Part shown: positions 51,463-64,000 of the stretch, in pieces | How positions within the stretch are numbered: position 1 is the first letter of the stretch | Layout: each line of letters opens with the position of its first letter | Origin: Hormiphora californensis | Taxonomy: Eukaryota > Animalia > Ctenophora | Direction: 5' to 3' | DNA: 64,000 nt | NCBI GenBank assembly: GCA_020137815.1 | Contig: CM035351.1 | Coordinates: 6,634,001-6,698,000 of the forward strand | Position numbers and translations under genes: made by a program | The notes under the pieces: model-generated | What the model was told of the DNA's origin: nothing | What the model saw: only the letters and a program-made list of their open reading frames with translations | The model's database searches: none

Positions 51463-54400
51463 CTAATTTATACAGACTTTTATTAAAACCCGAGTTTTTA
51501 TGTGATCTTTCCATCGGAATATCTTAATTGCTGGGCTTGGTTTGAAAACTGAGGCATCTGGAATCAATGTACCGCATTTGGGGCATTTGGGGCGAGATAC
51601 TGGCTGGTGAGAGTGAAGTGTGAACCTACTACCAAGTGAAATTGACTGGACACCACCATATTGCCACAAAATCCCGGCCTGTACCTGTTCATTGAATGGG
51701 TTATCCACTATTCCATCGTGTAGATACATCCATAGGGGGGTGAAGAGTATAAAATCAAATATGGAAATCTGAAAATAGAGGGTTTTGGTCAAGCTTTTGG
51801 TCAAATGAATAAATCTTCATCGACCATAAAGCTTTTGAAAACATATTAGTCAACTTGAACTAGGGCCTATTATAGGAATGAGTTTTACCTCTCCGGTTTT
51901 CTTGGGATCCAGTTCCGCTATTAACCTCAGTCTGGTGTCCTCGGGAACTGAGGCAGCCCGTAGCTCAATATCCATGGCCTGGGTGGTGAGACGAGGCCAA
52001 CCAAACTCATCACTCTCCGATACACAGTGGAATAATCTCTGTGGATGGGGTTTTAAGGGGGTTTTAGAGGGGGTTAGGGCTGAAGGGGTTTGAAGGAGTT
52101 TAGAGGGGGTGTTTGCGAAAGATACAGCTATATCATTCGGAGAAAAATGGGGGAGAGGAGATTTTAGGTAATGCATACCTTAAGTCGAGGCAAATCATGC
52201 TCCAGTCGTGAGAGATCAACATTATCAAACATTTCCATCGTCTCGGGACTGTGTGAGAAATAAATGTTGAGAAAAAGGAAAACACAAGTATGAAAATTGT
52301 GCAAAAACAAGAATTATTGCATTATGTATTCATAATGCTGTGTTTCCCTGCCCTACCGTTTCACATGTCAGTGACATTGGGTAAGCGGTAAATACTCACT
52401 CGGTTCTTCACATTTTTTGGACGTTTTTGGCCATAACTCAGTCATTTCTTGTCCAATTTGCTAAATCTTGGGCTCATTGGAAAGAAGACATTAAGACCTT
52501 TAAAATGAGCCCTAGAAAATGAAAATCGGCGCAAAATGCGCGGCGCTATGGCGTAAAATGCGCGTTTTCGCCATAGCGCCGCGCATTTTGCGCCGATTTT
52601 CATTTTCTAGGGCTCATTGGAAAGCTTTTAATGTCTTCTTTCCAATGAGCCCAAGATTTAGCAAATTGGTCAAGAAATGGCTGAGTTATGGCCAAAAACG
52701 TCCAAAAAATGTGAAGAACCGAGTGAGTATTTACCGCTTACCGTGACATTGTCACTGCCAACAGGATCAAGGCTTGGTCATAATGTAATGTGAGATGCAT
52801 ACGATCTAGCTGTCAGTATACTTCTCACATAGCTTAGAGTTAGCTAACTCCCAATCACATGACACTTGCTAACCAGCTTTTGACATTCCAACTTAACTAC
52901 TTATCTAACATCTCACACTCGACTCGCAAGATGAAAATGTGTATGTAACACGCGAAACACGCGGCAGAGCATTTCATGTTTTGTTGAGTGGCGCGCGCAC
53001 ACACGTCCATCAAACTGTGTCAATGAGGTGTTTCATGAAGGAGTAGCTCGTCACTGTGCGCGCGGCTCTAGTTGCTACACCGTTGCCCTCGCAACGAAAG
53101 TGTGACCAAACAAGAATTATTGCATTATGTATTCATAATGCTGTGTTTCCCTGCCCTACCGTTTCACATGTCAGTGACATTGTCACTGCCAACAGGATCA
53201 AGGCTTGGTCATAATGTAATGTGAGATGCATACGATCTAGCTGTCAGTATACTTCTCACATAGCTTAGAGTTAGCTAACTCCCAATCACATGACACTTGC
53301 TAACCAGCTTTTGATATTCCAACTTAACTACTTATCTAACATCTCACACTCGACTCGCAAGATGAAAATGTGTATGTAACACACGAAAAGCGCGGCAGAG
53401 CATTTCATGTTTTGTTGAGTGGCGCGCGCACACACGTCCATCAAACTGTGTCAATGAGGTGTTTGATGAAGGAGTAGCTCGTCACTGTGCGCACGGCTCT
53501 AGTTGCTACACCGTTGCCCTCGCAACGAAAGTGTGACCAAAAATGTCCCTCTACCGATTAGTTGGTGACGCGGTCCCCCCTCCACTAGGGCCGCGCGAAG
53601 CGCGGCAAACGAAGCCCGCGAACATAATAGGGGATGTCATCACCAAACCGATTAGTTAGTATACCAAAATGTCGTTTTCGAATTCTAACCCTGCTATGCC
53701 TTTTTACAAAGTAAAAAGGCATCCGGGTGAATGCCTTCGGCATTCACCCGGGCAGGGAAAAAATATTATCTACTTACTAACTTAGTAAGTAGAGAAAATA
53801 CATGGGTAGTACTTACTCTCGGTGCACCATGTGATCAATAAGCGTTGCCATGACAGCGAAAGTGTGGAAAGATATCTTGTTCTTGTTCAGCCCCAGGACC
53901 ACCTCAATAAATTTCATCTGAGCTCGGGATATTTTGGTACACGATTTCAACTGAGATAGGGCTCTCTTCATCTCTGGTTTTGTCAGGAACGGGTACTCGT
54001 TATTTGAGATGTACCCACTGAATATCTTGTAGAGATAATTTTGACGAGTTTTGTCGATAATTGCAAACTTCTCCAAGATCTCCTCCAGACCTTCTAATGC
54101 TGCAGGAGTATAATAGTGGTTTTAGGGTGACATTAAAAAACATTTCTAGGAATATTCCTATCCTTGAGTCGCCTGACACTGTGTCCACGCTGCGAATTTT
54201 AGAATAAAAAGAAATTATGAACAATTCAATCCTATCCTATCACCCTACCCTATAAAAATTACCGCTGTGAGGGGAGTGTTCCCCGTTTTCAGAAGCCTCC
54301 AGGAGGGCTTGTTCCTCTGCTTGCCGAGCTGTTTCCATTGCTTGTTCACGGGACCGCAGCTTCGCCCTAGGTTCAAAGAAACATTTGTTATGAAGTGGGT

Positions 54401-57400
54401 ATACACAAAAGTGGGTATATACAAAATTAGATTGGAGAGAGAAAGGTATAAAAAGTAGAATTTCAGATCAAATGCTCAGTGCACAAAAAAGTTAAAATGA
54501 TAAAAAGCTGTGGCAACAAGCGCTAAGCATCAGTTACAACTGACCAAGAAAAGAGAGAAAATGAGAGAGATCTGCAACGTGGTAACACATCAAGTGCAGG
54601 GGAGTGTAATTGATTTTGACATGTACTCGCTTGTAGGGCGTGCAGAAGTCCTCCGATTGCAATTGTGAGCTATAGATAATATAGTCCAGGAAGTGTCAGT
54701 TCCAAATAGTATAGGGAAATGGATCTCTATCAAGATTGAAATGGATCTCCATCAAGATTGTACAAAGCCATATGTGATCTACAAGGAATCAACCGACATA
54801 CACTCACATTCTAGACAAGTATTGCAATATACTCTGCTTCTTAAGTTTACTGCAGAGCTCAGCAGCTGCCGGGGGGAATAGTTTAAAGTTTTATTTTATA
54901 TATACTGTCGATATGAAGATCGTTTCAATTCTGAATTCACATCATAGGCAGTTGAAAGAAGAGTTTCAGAATCATGCTAGAGAAAGTGCTGCTCTTGTGT
55001 TATAAGAAGTGCTAATCTTATGTTATAAGAAGTATATCTAAGCTGAAAAGGCGACGGTGCAGAACCGGAAGGCCAAAGTTCGGTTGAAGACAAAGGCTAA
55101 TTTTCCAGCCAAGGTTTTTTGCTCGAGAAATGCCGGGGGAAAATGTCAGAATAGATATTTTAAGATCCGATAGTGGTGTGCCGTGTGTACCGCTGCTTAT
55201 CAATTTTCTCCCTTGCATCCTCCTGTTTCTGCTGCAATGCCTCCTTCTCAAAAACACTCATACTCCGTTTAGGAGGTTTCTTGAATCGGGGCGTTTCCGC
55301 CATGGGAGTGGGGTAATCTGGGGGATATGAGGGGATATCAAAACAGTAGGTGCTGTACATCTACCTTTCCATTCGTTGTGCCATCAGTTCACGTCGCTTC
55401 TCTTCCTCTTGTTCGCGGAGGTAGGCACTCTTCCGTTTTGGGGGTCTCGGCAAACTCGCCCTTCGCTCTACAGATGCATCCATTAAACACCGGTTAAATG
55501 TAACATGTACTAGCTACGAACAAACAAACGAACAGACAATCAAACCAAGGACTTCAGGCGGGGAGTCCATCCTCGGTATGGGCGGTGGGCTTGGACTGGG
55601 ACTTGGCGGAGATGGAATTACCATCGGGGGAGGAGGAGTAGGCGTCGGATCTACGGCAAAAATGATGTTCACAATCAGGTGGCGGCTATAATATGAATGA
55701 GTTATTGAGGTATAGCATATTAACTAGACATCATGTATATACTCTTGGCGCTTGAACTAGGGGACTCAACAAGAATTTATCGCTTCAATTACCCTTTGGC
55801 GGCGGTGGGGGTGCGGGTGTCGGTAAACTAGGTATGGTACTGGATCTCTTCGATAGGACCTGCAGGGGGAGGGACAATGAACATTTTCAGTAGATCTCAA
55901 TACACCTTTCAGAAGTTTCGTTTTCTCAAGTATATTATATCGGTGATAGGACGCGGTAATTTTAGTCCCATATTATGGATTATTCATGCTGCGATCCTGC
56001 TGTATCCTACAACATGCACTTGTTAAATCTATCTAAAAATACACGCTGATGTTAATGGTAGATTTCACACTCAGGAGAGAGTGCTCTCTCACATGCAAGA
56101 GGTGCTACATCACAGTTATACAGGGGGATTGAAGAAAGCTTGTTTCACAAAGACAGTATAATCGTCAGATTGGTTGAATCAAAGATCAAATCACCAGGGA
56201 AAGGAGAGAATGGTAAAGATCGCTCACAAGAACTCGACTTCAATGAAGTTTTTCACCTCATCTTCTTCTTCTTCTTCTTCCCCGTCTTCTGCCTCTGCTC
56301 CAGACTCGGGGGAACTGGCCATGAGCAGGGCATTAATCCCCAAAATGTCGTCACTTGGTGCCCGGTAAGATGGCATTTCATCTTCTTCTCCACTATCTTC
56401 TTCTTCTTCAGCTTCTTCTTCTTCATCTTCATCTTCACTCTGTTTATGCAGGAAATCTCTCAAGAGGGGCGACCACAATTTGGTGCCCAGTTTATGAACC
56501 GAATTAATTAAATGGGGGGTTCTAGTTGGATTTGCATAAAATTCATGGGGGTTCAAGAAAAGTAATAAATAGCACAAGATGGGCACTTTCTCAAATAATT
56601 CAAGTGCCTACCCGTACCAGCATGCACTAAAACTAAGATCAGGGAGAGAGAACTAGATTAACCTTCAGGAGTCGAATGGATGGTACCGGATCCGGACTAG
56701 GATCTTTTATGCTTTTCACGGGCTTTAGACACATCCAAAACGGCTGGTTCAGGAGTCGGCTCCTTCGGTGGTGGGTGTTGGGTCACGAGGTTTTGGTGGA
56801 GGTGGTGGGGTCGGGATCCTTAGGTGGAGGTGGAGTTGCACTTTTTACTGGCGCAGCTCGAGGAGTAGGAGGTGGAGGTGGGACGGGTGTCGGAGATTTC
56901 TGGAAGTTTTCATGAGAATTTTGTATGACTAATTAAATACAGCGAACAGAGAAAGAAAATGTTAAAATGAACCTGTTCCTATGTCCTACAAAATATAGTT
57001 GCAATAACAATTGCAATTGATTTCTCAAGAACTTGAACTGCATACCTGCACCGGAGTTGGGGTGGGTGGTGCAGGCTCCACTAACCTCTTCCTCAACCTC
57101 CTCATTCTCTACAACTTCTGGACTTGGTGTAGGTTCCTTCTCATGTTTTTCTGAATGAGCAACAGACTCGATGGGTGCTGGTGTAACCTCGTCCTCCGCT
57201 AAACTGTGCAGCATGGCGGAGCGTTCAGCTATTTCCGTCAGGAGGGTGTGCTGGGAGAACTCAGCTGTATCAGCAGCAGAATCCCATAGCCCAAAACTAT
57301 CGTTACCAAGGGCACTGTCCAGATTTGATCTTCTCCTGCGATAATATTCATACAAGTCAAAAGGGTAGGGTCTTTCCAAATCACTGGGTAAGCCTGAGAT

Positions 57401-58754
57401 TATAAGCCCTAAGCCACTCCGTACTGAGGTACTAAGGGGGGCTAGCCCTACGGGACATAATTCTCAAGTTTGGAAAGAACTATGCTGAGTTTAGTCTTAC
57501 CCCTCGGCACAAGAGCTGGTTTCACCACGGCCCCTCACTTCAAGGGCTCCCTTCAACTCAGAATCCCTCCCTCCGTATTTTATATCCCTCAATGACCGGA
57601 GGAGAGTTGGTCGGTGCTCCTCTAGTATCCTTTTTATCTCAACCTATAAAACACAGTTCAGTGAGCCGGAAGTGGATGACATAGACAGTAGACACTTGAG
57701 CGTGCTAGATCGAAGTTGCACAGTGAATATGTGGTAATGGTACCAAAGCCGAAAGCTGGCCCGACGAGTTATACTTCTCAATTTTAGGGTGAAATATTTT
57801 TGATGTTCTCTGAGAACTTCCTAATACCTCTTTCTGAAGTAAATCCCAATTGATATCTTTCTGGTTTCGTCCAAAGAGCGACTGTCCCAGATCGTACATC
57901 ACTGCCAAGTTAGCTGCTCGTTTTCGTAGAGCTGCCTCGCTCAACATGGAGACAGCCTGGAATGGGTCTCGCAAATCAGTAACCTGCTTTTGAGCTGGTA
58001 GAGTGGGTAATTGGGCTCTTATGCCAACTGCCAGTGCTTTGGGTTTAGGTTTTCCAGTTGACAAACTTGAGATTTTTCTCCGCTTGCTACCCTAGACTCG
58101 AAGTACGACAGTGAGCACAGAACAACAAACAGGTCGACATTCGACAAAGATCACAAATTTAAAAAGATAAGTTCCTAAAACACAAAGGTACTTGATCTAC
58201 CGAATCTTCACAGAGTGAGTTCGAAATAAAATGTGAGCCACACAAAAATGTCGACGAAGATCAAGATCGGAAGATCACAACTGCAAAATAGAAAGGTGTA
58301 CCTGTCTGGGTGGACCATGGTGGTAGTGCCTCCCGGTCTGTAAATCCAACCTCGTCTCACTGATAGCAGTGGGGGACCGGAGAGACTGTCTGACTGCCGC
58401 TGGATGAGAATCCAGATTTGGTAGGAGATCCTTGACGTACCGTTCCAGAAGCTGGGTTTCAAGATCAGACACGGAGGACGCGTGACAGTAGCACTTTTGG
58501 TCCTCATCTGGAGCAAAAAGTTCAAATTTGGAAACCAGTTGTAGCAGATGGATCCGGCATGAATTCTAGTTGGCTCTAACCTGTTTTACCTGTTTAAGTT
58601 TTTACCAACCTAAAGCCCAAATGCCTACTATACCTTGCTGAGCTCGTTTGATCGGTGGAAGTTTTGTGTAATCCCGTTTAGGGATGCGGTACATTCTCTG
58701 TGGAGGTTCCTGGTCTGCACCAGCTGCAGGGACCAGGGAGCGAACTACGCTCAT
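51463..58754 (-). CDS. Uncharacterised multi-exon protein: Pro-rich and acidic middle, degenerate EF-hand-like C-terminus
   Basis: ATG at 58754 (MSVVRSLVPAAG...), about 15 GT-AG exons including ORF fragments 58275-58472, 57705-58064, 56933-57379, 56224-56586, 53813-54076, 51850-52176 and 51463-51804 (ELDPKKTGE|ISIFDFILFTPLWMYLHDGIVDNPF). Confidence 0.65.
52305..53538 (+). repeat. Intronic tandem duplication of about 430 bp (52305-53107 with insertion, 53108-53538)
   Basis: Near-identical units starting AAACAAGAATTATTGCATTATG. Confidence 0.9.
52380..52742. mobile_element. Merlin-like foldback MITE (363 bp)
   Basis: GGTAAGCGG...CCGCTTACC termini, nearly whole-length hairpin, 9-bp TSD GTGACATTG (52371-52379, 52743-52751), empty site at 53174-53182. 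Confidence 0.85.
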
Positions 58755-59116
58755 CTTTTTAAAGAGAAATACAGTTTTGCAAAAGCTGTTCAGTAAAAAC
58801 TACTACTACTACTAGAACATATTCAATCTAGTCTACGAAGAGAAGAATGTAATGAGATGAGGAGAGTTGGCTTCATCAGGTAGCAAAAGAGAGTTCTAAA
58901 ACTCGATTACAGACGGCCCATGTATTTACTAAGCTCTTTACGACAGACTCTTCACGCTAGAACTAAAACTGAAGTGTACTAAAAAGTATACTTGCTACCA
59001 GTACACATATATCGTGTACACGATCAACTCAACGAACTCAATCAGTACAAAAGAAGAAGACGATCAAATGAAAAGGAAGCGATCAAGTTGTACAGATCTA
59101 TAGAACTTGATATATA

Positions 59117-60491
59117 GGGGAGCCACAGGTAATATGGGAAATTTGGTAAAATGGGAAATCGGTGTTTTGAAAAGATTGGCCATGTTACAGGCTCATAAAT
59201 AGTTAATAACTCTTATTAGTGATCTTAGATTAGTTCTGAAACCGTTTATAGCCTTGGTGGGAAGTGTTTAGATGGTACACTAGCACCCTCGTCATCTTGA
59301 AATAAGGAAAGTGAAAAATTAGGCCACTTTTATCATTTGGTACACACGTCTCTGTTTCCTAGAGAACCTATCGATCGGCTTAGTTTATGAACAAGATATT
59401 TATTAGCGATACCTGAAGAGATTAGAGCATCAGAATGAACGTGTTTAATTATAATTAGCTAATTATAGAAACTCATGATTTTGGTATAATGGGATACTTT
59501 TATTTTACTGAAATGGGATACCCCATTTTACCAAAATTTCACTATCCCATTTTTCCAAAACATGTTTTGCAAAAATGGGATAGTGAAATTTTGGATGTTT
59601 AAACGGCCATTTCAAACGCAAATTTCTCAGAACTAACTTTACGAATATTAATAAAGCCTATTTTTGCTCGTAACTCGGAAAAAAAAACTTGTATTCTCTG
59701 AAAAAAATGCACCGAGTGACAACTGCAGAATACGACTACACGTGTGGGTATAATTATTCAATTCTCATTGATCTAATCTTCTATTATAGACACCAAAAGG
59801 TTTCTGGTATCCGTGTAGCTTTCTTAGTTTAGCAAAATTACTAAATATTATCCACATTTATGTGTTAACGATCAACTCTTTGGTCCCCATTTCTTTAGTA
59901 ATTTTTAGAGAATTTTCAAATTTTGGACCTGTCTGGAATTATATACAGGTAGCACCGCGCTAGGAAATGAACCTGTTCACGCTTTTACCCCTTCTGTTGA
60001 AATTAGTAGTGTTAAATGAGGCTTGAACCACCCGTTGGTGAATAAATTAGATATATTGTTTCTAACTTTTCATGATTTCACGGCTGTCGGCTATAGCGTG
60101 AGTCTTCAGACCACTTACTAATAAATAAACAAAACTTAAATACCATCACAAACTAGTTTAATCCAAGCAAAGTGCAATAAAGTTACCATATTCTGACGAA
60201 AAAATAATTTTGATAAAATGGGATACCAATTTTTTGATAAAATGGGATATCCCATTTTCGTTAAAAATGGGTATCCCATTTCACCAAAGTAAAATTTCAC
60301 TGCAAATTTTCAAGGTAATATGGGATAGTGCCAGATCTCCGTTATGGAGCATTCGTTGGGTTAGTTTTGGTGGTAATGTGTTAGCTTGGTCCAAATAAGA
60401 CACACCTATGAAGACGGCGTGACTTTATTGTCATCTGAAAAAAAATTATGGCCAAAAGTTGTTAGGTATCCCATATTACCTGTGGCTCCCC
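59117..60491. mobile_element. Non-autonomous TIR DNA transposon (TA flanks, pogo/Tc1-like)
   Basis: TIR GGGGAGCCACAGGTAATATGGGA / TCCCATATTACCTGTGGCTCCCC, TA on both sides, many internal AAATGGGATA motifs, no ORF. Confidence 0.8.
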
Positions 60492-61381
60492 TACTTTAAA
60501 TACTACTTTTATACTAGCTCTTCTCCCGTCTACTGCTCCTAGTTCTCGCCACAAATCTTCACACAAGATCAATATGCATGAGACTAGTTACCGCACATAG
60601 TATTATAGAGACTGTGATATCAGCATCAATGTAGCGGGGTATAGTGCAATATATGTGCTGCACACACGTATACTGGAAAACTACAGACTTGTACTGCAGC
60701 AGGCTATAGGATCATTGTTTTTTACAAAATAGTACACGCTCCTAACTCGACACCGGTGTGTATACATGGCATGTTCTCTCCGATTCTCTCTCTCTCTCTC
60801 TCGTCTCGATCGTGCATGTCGTGTGTAATTAGCGAGTAGAGCCGGGTTTAAAATCGGACAGGTCGGACGCGAGATACAGGAAAATAATGAGAGATAAAAT
60901 GAGAGCGACAGAAAGTATGGGTGGTGGTATTATATATGCAACATGTTGCTAGTTCTTCAAAGTCTAAAGTAGAAACCGCGGAGCGAATGATATGATTCAT
61001 GTTACTAAATAACAACCTGGTAAAATTTCAAAGGCATTCTGTCAGCTTATAATTCAGCAGGATAAAATAGATACATGCAAGTTCTACTTCTTAAATTCTG
61101 AAATAAAATAAAGAACCAATTTTCTAATGTCAAACTATAAGATCTGGAAAAAGAAGTCATAATAATGTTCGTAACACTAAACGTATATTATGCTGTGGTG
61201 GTACCAGTAGCTCCAGCACACTGTTGTCCCTGATAAACGCTTGGCGGTTTGGGATGGAAGGGGTCGGCTTTCCATGGTTTGAGCAGAGGACCGACCAGTG
61301 ACATGTGCTTCTGAAAAGGATTAGTTTGTGAAAGAACTTATAGTATTGGAATTGGATGCTGATACTAACTTTACGCTACTA

Positions 61382-62385
61382 TTATGTGCCGACCATGGCA
61401 TGGTTTTTATCTAGGTACTCACCGGGATATGTAAGGTTCCTTGAGATAAGCTTAGCGAGAAAGGTCCTAAAACCTCGGTTGGTTGCCGTATAAATCATGG
61501 GGTTCACCAACGCGTTCATAAAGAGGAGCTCATGAGCCGCTATGTAGAACCAAGGGGGAAGGGGAACCCTGGTCACTTGTAGGAGGACTCTCACATTCGT
61601 AGGAATGACGGATATCACAAATGCCCAGGAGACATAACAAACTGTTTTTAAGGCGTTAATCCCAGGGATGCCGCCTCGGGCCTTGGCAACTAACACTAGA
61701 ATGGCCAGATTGGCTGTTATTATGCCAGCCACAGGCACAGAGAGAAAGATAACAGTGGCGACGATTGTGTAAATGACAAATAGCGGCTTTGGGTCCGTTT
61801 GTCCTGACACCTGACAACTGAGCAGATAGGGATCAAAGAAGTAGTACTGGCCCATTGCGAGGGTGCCGAGCATGTACAGAGCAGAGAAGATGGAGAGTCC
61901 GGTCAGGGCTTTGTGGATGGTACCTGGACTAAGTTGGCGACATTCCAGAGGTCGGAATAGAGCATACACCCGATAAAGGGATATCCCCTCCACCAAGGAG
62001 AGCTCAATTAGGAAACAGATAAAACCGATATTTCCCTGGAGAAAACAAATAACTTTTCCTGAAAAGGAGAAAGTGATAAAAATTGCCGAGTCATACATTC
62101 TGCCCTATTTCTATTTCTAATAGCTTTCTTGCAGAGGGCAATCTTCGGTACTTTAATTCGAGAAAAAAAAAGCGAAACAGTCGCCAGCTCAAAATATAAT
62201 TTCAAGTGGACGACTACAGTTACCTAGGACCCAGTGTTGGGATATGATGGTAAGGAGAACAGGGATCATGTAACATAGAGCGATTGTTAGATCCAGAGCA
62301 GCCAACCACTCGATCATGGCCATGGAAACACAATCAACTGTCACCGCCTTGTACTTGACACAACCAACCAAGACCAAACTGTTTC
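61382..62385 (-). CDS. Class A (rhodopsin-like) GPCR, non-opsin; N-terminal exons uncertain
   Basis: GNSLVL (TM1 end), LAALDL (TM2), WVLG|KVIC, ISLYR (DRY position), NPMIY (TM7). Exons about 62224-62385 and 61424-62057. Confidence 0.85.
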
Positions 62386-64000
62386 CTAAAATGGGGTTAT
62401 TTGAAAAAAAGTTGCGAAGTAAATTAGAAGGATATAAATTAGAAGAATATAAATAAGAAGGATATAAAATTACCGATAATAGATTGGAGGGTAGCGAAGG
62501 CATGGTAGATGGTGAGCATGCTATATCCGGCATCACTGAACCCCAGGGTTTCCGGAACAGAAATGGAAAAATTTGACGAGTCAACGAATAAAACCATGCC
62601 AACTGAAAACTGAGATGCGCAAGTCAGATAATTTATAAATAAGAATCACACGGAACTTGGGGCACATTAAACACTAATACAACTAACACCTGGCGAGATG
62701 TACACATGTTAAAACTATGTCATTGACATTGTCAAAAATAACACATTTCTCTAATTGCAAAGGACTTTTGCAATGGGACGAAGAAAAACTTGAACTCCTT
62801 TTTATAGATCGAAACAAAGAAATTACGGGTATTCTGAGCATATTGAGATTGCAAACTACAAGTCATTCTTGTAAGGGTCCCACCCTTACTCAACAAAGTC
62901 ATTCAGTTTATTAGAAATGCTGTCAAGCCAAGTTCAAACGAGAATGTTCTGACAGAAGTAATAACTATCTTTGGTCTCCCTATTTCATTCTCTCGAGCTG
63001 ATAACTATTACTATTGATCATTAGTATCTAAATATAATTATAGCTTATATAATTCACAAACAGAGATTGTGAGTAGTTAGGGACTGGAGGGTAGCCATCT
63101 GGTACTGATAATCCAGACATTATATTGGAAACAGCTGGAATGGAGAAGAATTCTAACAACTAACAACGTGCATAAATAGAAATCACCCCTTGCCTCATAC
63201 TATAAAGATAAAACCAGCTGTAACGACCTCTGTTCGCCACCTCAGTTCCATATTGCTTGGGTACTGTATCATAAGAGGAACCGGATCTGGTAAAATAAAC
63301 CGACTGTTGAAAAATAATAGAAACCAATTGCAGCCTGCGGGGACTAAAGATGAGGTTTCAGACTAAATGATTAAGGCGTTGTTGGGCGTGAGAGGGGGTA
63401 ACAGGTGGATAAAAACCAATCTCGATCATTTTTTTCTCCCCCTCAACCTTTCTCTTCCTCTAACATCTACCGTGGTCTCTCTATAAGTGACAAGGGTGAC
63501 AAGAAAAAAGGTGTCAACAGGGACGAAAGATCTCACATAGGAGAGATCCTTCCACTTCTAATCGACGCGTTGTTGTGCAAGCTGTTTTAGTGATTAAATC
63601 GTTTATCTAGAATAAGGCTTAAAAAAGAAACTGAAAAGTTATCTGGTATCATGTTATTGATACTACTATGTACATATCTGCCTATAGCATCGGTTGGATA
63701 TATCAAAATGTGCTAAAAATTAGACAATGGGCTGAGACATCCCACTATTCCATCGCATATTGTAGGACGACCTTTTGTTCATGTCCGATGAACGGCTGAC
63801 GTATTTGTACGATACCTGCTGATCAGCAAATAGCAATATCTGCGGTGTCAATGATACGGCAGGATAGTGGATACACCACAAAGTACGGCAGATACTTCAC
63901 CCCACATGCCACAAAGTACGGCACTATCAGGAAATATGACACACGGATTACACATCGCATAGGTCGTAATGACTGTAATACCATCAGATAATGACACACG

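Noticed and set aside
61382-62098. Opsin
   Set aside because: The position equivalent to retinal-binding K296 is Phe (LLFMNALVNPMIY).

Overview
Eukaryotic, intron-rich, repeat-rich animal DNA. A compact invertebrate genome such as a ctenophore is suggested by the short introns and GPCR style, but this is inference only. Host genes: a minus-strand LRR+LDLa single-pass receptor (346-7713), a NUDT9-like Nudix protein with a degenerate catalytic box (11109-13064), a synaptotagmin-like TM-C2-C2 protein (19111-25171), a secreted mosaic papain protease-C-type lectin-CCP protein (32346-37670), a Pro-rich protein with an EF-hand-like C-terminus (51463-58754, minus), a class A GPCR (about 61382-62385, minus) and a possible small minus-strand gene near 27-30.6 kb. 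There are two young LTR elements. The first is a 4.6 kb Gag+protease-only non-autonomous element (13773-18330) with a -1 frameshift signal. The second is a 13.6 kb Ty3/Gypsy element (37709-51322, minus) and is the most unusual object in the window. Its Pol carries, between RNase H and integrase, what looks like a circularly permuted Ulp1/adenain-type (clan CE) cysteine protease. Its 3' UTR holds a repeat-spacer array of hairpins, and it lacks a canonical tRNA PBS. Non-autonomous DNA elements are numerous: a Helitron, two Kolobok-like foldbacks, a Merlin-like foldback with an adjacent empty site, pogo-like MITEs and CAGGG foldbacks, one of which forms almost an entire putative intron. 47280-49090 looks degraded by homopolymer assembly errors.
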